Assembly: GCF_020745735.1 (NCBI RefSeq)
Contig: NC_083438.1
Span: 33,230,443 to 33,294,442, forward strand
Length of the DNA: 64,000 nt
Direction of reading: 5' to 3'
Origin: Hemiscyllium ocellatum
Lineage: Eukaryota
Shown here: positions 60,051-64,000 of the stretch, piece by piece
How positions within the stretch are numbered: the stretch's first letter is position 1
How the letters are laid out: each line of letters begins with the position of its first letter
Made by a program: the position numbers and the translations under genes
Notes under the pieces: generated by a model
The model's input: the letters and a program-made list of their open reading frames with translations, nothing else
Databases searched by the model: none
What the model was told of the DNA's origin: nothing

Positions 60051-61235
60051 GGTTAGATCATTCTTTAGAGATAGTCATTGCTTGGCATACAACTGTCATG
60101 AATTTAAGAAGAACAGACAAACCATTTAGGATTGAGATGAAGAGAAATGACTTTATTGAGGGAGTGGTGAGTGGAATTCTCTGAAAGTGTTTGAGACCGT
60201 GACATTGAGTGTTTTCTAACAGGGGTTAGATCTGGTTCTTAAGGCTGAAGGGGAGTGGGGAGAGAATGGGAACAGGGGGCTGAGTTGTGTTGTCAGCCAT
60301 GAATTGCGGACTGGGCTCAAAGGGCTGAATGGCCTCCTCCTGATCCCAGCTTCTGTGTTTTTCTGGATGTTACTCACCGTGTCTCAGGACCCAATCTGAA
60401 TTTTGCCGATTTTTTTGACCAATACCACGCAGGAGATCAGGTTAACAAAACATTCATGTTGGCAGAGTGAGTCACAGATGTCATCAGATGACACAGAAGC
60501 GCTCCCCCTTTCGATATGACAGGCCGGACCTGCCCAGCTTTCGCTTTGGACGGGGGAGTGCTTTCTGTTCCCCAAGTTCAACGGCAGAGGAGAGATTTAA
60601 CGGAGGTGGCCACAAGAGGGGGGGCAAGCCCTTTGGGACGCCTCAGAAATTTAGACCCAGGATGCATCGAGGCCTTCTTCCAAAGAGATTTTAGGTGGGC
60701 CCTTCTTAAATGCTGCTGCGATCGAACGTTGACGTGCTGAGTTTCCTAAATCGAGGCAGAGAGGGTAAAAGCTGAGGTATAGTGACTGTAAAACTGTACA
60801 CGTTCAGCTGGGTCTGAATTGGGCACATTGCAAGGAGGTTACAAGTCTCAGAGAGAAACGGTAGAGAGTTACAGGTATCCCCTGCTTTTCTCAAGCTTTA
60901 CGCCACTTCACTTTTACAGGAGATCTACGTTAGAACCTGTTCTCACTCACCGAAAGAAAGGAGTTTTGTTTTAATGAAGTTTTTAACCGTAAATATTAAT
61001 GGTGTTTTGCTTTACACCATTTCGGCTTCATAGTGGCACTCTACTTTCGGATGGTGAGGGATACAGGTACCAGGACGGTCTCGGGGTGAGGGTCTTCGAT
61101 TCACGTGGGAACGCTGGGAGAGACTGGGATTGACCAGCGACGGTGGAAGTGGAGTTGGAATTGCGGGTGTTCGCAATCATAAGGGGAGGGGGGCTCAGTG
61201 GAATAACAAACATGAGCTCAGTTATTAGAGTCAAA

Positions 61236-61880
61236 AAGTGTGGTGCTGGAAAAGCACAGCAGGTCAGGCAGCATCTGAGGAGCAGGAGAATCGACGTTTC
61301 AGGCATAAACCCTTCATCAGGAATGCCCGATATTGATGTAGGATTGCTCGCTGAGATGGAAGGTTCATTCTCAGATGTTTCGTCACCCTACTAGGTAATA
61401 TCTTCAGTGAGTCTCGGACGAAGCACTGCTGATGTTTTCCGCTTTCTGTTTATATGTAAATGTAATCATATTTATATGTTTGGGTTTCTCTGGGCTGGTG
61501 ATGTCATTTCCTGTGACGATATAATTTCCTATGATGGCGTCCTTTCCTGTTCTTTCTCTCAGGGGATGGTAAATGGGATCCATTTACACATAAATAGAAA
61601 ACAGGAAACACGAGCAGTGCTTCATCCGGAGGCTCGTTGATGATGTTAGCCAGTATGGTGACGAAACGTCTGAAAACTAACCTTCCAGCTCACCGAGCTA
61701 ACCTACATCCAGAACCTCAACCTGACTACAAATCTCTTCAAAACTTGTTAATGTCCGAAATGTCAACTTTCCTTCTCCTCGGATGCTGCCTGATCTGCTG
61801 TACTTTTCCAGCACCACTCTAATCTTGACTCTGATCTCCACACTTTTGGATTCTGACTGTTCAGCATCGGCAGCCATCAC
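61236..61880. mobile_element. Nested, decayed PLE terminal-repeat pairs (family A outside, family C inverted pair inside)
   Basis: A-type arms at 61236-61325 and 61750-61880; C-type inverted arms at 61335-61470 and 61590-61745. Confidence 0.65.
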
Positions 61881-61987
61881 TTTCTCTCAGTTACTGAGTT
61901 AGTTTGTCAACTGCCACAGGAGACAATGTTTGAAACCATCATCAGGTAAGTCCCAACAGGAAGGATTTAGAAAAGGTCTACGAGGAC

Positions 61988-63600
61988 TTTGGAGGATCTG
62001 AGCTACAGGGAGAGGCTGAACAGGCTGGGGCTGTTTTCCCTGGAGCGTCGGAGGCTGAGGGGTGGCCTTATAGAGGTTTACAAAATCATGAGGGGCATGG
62101 ATAGGGTAAATAGGCAAAGTATTTTCCCTGGGGTCGGGGAGTCCAGAACTAGAGGGCAAAGGTTCAGGGTGAGAGGGGAAAGATTTATAAGGAACCTAAA
62201 GGGTAACGTGTTCAAAAAGAGGGTGGTACGTGTATGGAATGAGCTGCCAGAGGAAGTGGTGGAGGCTGGTACAATTGCAGCATTTAAGAGGCATTTGGAT
62301 GGGTATATGGATAGGAAGGGTTTGGAGGGATATGGGCCGGGTGCTGGCAGGTGGGACTAGATTAGGTAGGATATCTGGTTAGCATAGATGAGTTGGACCG
62401 AAGGGTCTGTTTCCGTGCTGTACATCTCTATGACTCTGTAACAATATAAATCGAAGGTCATTGGGCTGAGGCCACATGGTTTGGTGAAAGGGGATTGTGT
62501 TTGACCAGTCTCTTGGGGTTCTCTGAGGAGACAACCCGTGTGTAGACAAGGGGAAACCAGTCGATGTACTGTACTGAGATTTCCAGGACACGGGTTTCAT
62601 ATGGTGTGCCGTATGGAGGGTTAGTGTGGAAGATCAAAGCTCATTGTGTGAGGGGTGAGATGTTGGTGTGGATAGATAATCAGGGAAGGAGGGAGGAGGA
62701 ATAAGTGGGTCTTCACCAAGCTGGGAAAATGAAGCGTGTGGTGTGCCAGAGGGATTTCAATGCTGGAGCCTGAACTTTGTAGCGTTTATACAATGATTTG
62801 GATAAATGGCTGGATGGGACGCTAAAGGAGGGCACTAAAGGAGTTATGAAGGGAAGTTATAAAGAAGACAGAAGCAAGTTCTAAAAGCTTAAAGCGAGGT
62901 CAGGGTGAGTGGGTAACGATGGGCAAGTGGGGTACAGTATGAAATTGCCTGTTTTGGCAGGAAGATTTTAAAAAAAAGGTTATTAGCTGAACGGGGAGCG
63001 GTTGCCGAGATCTGAGATGCAGAGAGACCCCAGTGCAGAAATCGCAGAGTATTAGTATGCAGGCACAGCAAGTACTCAGGAAAGCTAGTAGATATGGGCA
63101 TTTAAACGGGCATTGGATAGACAGATGGAGGATAGTGTAGGTTAGGTGGGCTTGGATCGGCGCAACATTGAGGGCCAAAGGGCCTGTACTGCGCCGTATT
63201 AATATGCAGAGTATTAGTATGCAGGCACAGCAAGTACTCAGGAGAGCTCGGAGATTGTAATGGTTTGTGGTGAGTGTAATTGAATACAAGAGGCGGGAGG
63301 TGGTGTTGTAGTCAGACGGGACACTGGTAAAACTACCATGGAGTCCCGTGTACAGGACGGCTTTCCTGATGGAAGGAATGGTGTTAGTATGGAAGCAGTT
63401 CAGGGAAGGGTTCACGGACTGACACCTGGAAAAGGGGAGGGTTGTTTTCTGAGGAAGGGTTGGACAGGCCGAACTTGTATCCTCTGGAGGTTAGAACAGG
63501 AGGAGGCGGTGTGATGGGAATGTATCAGATCCTGAGGGGAGTTGACCTGACGCATACGGAGAAGACATTTGTATCGTATGGGGGAATCGAGGACGAGGGA
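61988..63600 (+). mobile_element. CR1/HER1 3' fragment (61988-62440) followed by an old degenerate CR1
   Basis: ORF 61989-62360; degenerate RT-to-tail similarity downstream. Confidence 0.75.
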
Positions 63601-63633
63601 GGGGGGGTCACGGTTTCAAACCCAGATTCAAGC

Positions 63634-64000
63634 GCCGCACTGTCAGAGGGTCAGTGCTGAGGGAGTGCCGCACTGTCGGAGGGTCAGTGCTGAGGGAGTG
63701 CCGCACTGTCGGAGGGTCAGTGCTGAGGGAGTGCCGCACTGTCGGAGGGTCAGTGCTGAGGGAGTGCCGCACTGTCGGAGGGTCAGTGCTGAGGGAGTGC
63801 CGCACTGTCGGAGGATCAGTGCTGAGGGAGTGCCGCACTGTCGGAGGATCAGTGCTGAGGGAGTGCCGCACTGTCGGAGGATCAGTGCTGAGGGAGTGCC
63901 GCACTGTCGGAGGGTCAGTGCTGAGGGAGTGCCGCACTGTCGGAGGGTCAGTGCTGAGGGAGTGCCGCACTGTCGGAGGGTCAGTGCTGAGGGGGTGGGT
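63634..64000 (+). repeat. 33-bp minisatellite of the same family as 4822-5941, running off the window end
   Basis: cgcactgtcggagggtcagtgctgagggagtgc units. Confidence 0.95.

Overview
Repeat-dense vertebrate genomic DNA, almost certainly elasmobranch (shark or ray), judged from HE1-type tRNA-derived SINEs, HER1/CR1 LINEs and Penelope-like elements (PLEs). Only one host gene is well supported: a minus-strand B7-family Ig gene most similar to ICOSLG. It has a leader exon (11282-11337), IgV (6085-6435), IgC (4471-4770), TM (3309-3440) and a cytoplasmic exon (108-164), all joined in frame by GT-AG phase-1 introns. A probable upstream exon (23860-23961) lies next to a kappaB-like site. Most of the rest is dead CR1 LINEs, SINEs, two clades of PLE, one probable solo LTR and several kb-scale minisatellites; nearly all long ORFs in the track are repeat artefacts. 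The most interesting non-obvious structures are: (i) three covarying families of minimal hammerhead-ribozyme motifs in PLE termini, several arranged as back-to-back palindromes; (ii) minisatellites that have grown inside SINE and LINE copies, up to about 63 x 53 bp; (iii) a unique, possibly retroviral env-derived relic at about 18.1-19.0 kb. Repeat family names come from my recall of the families, not from a database search, and repeat boundaries are approximate.
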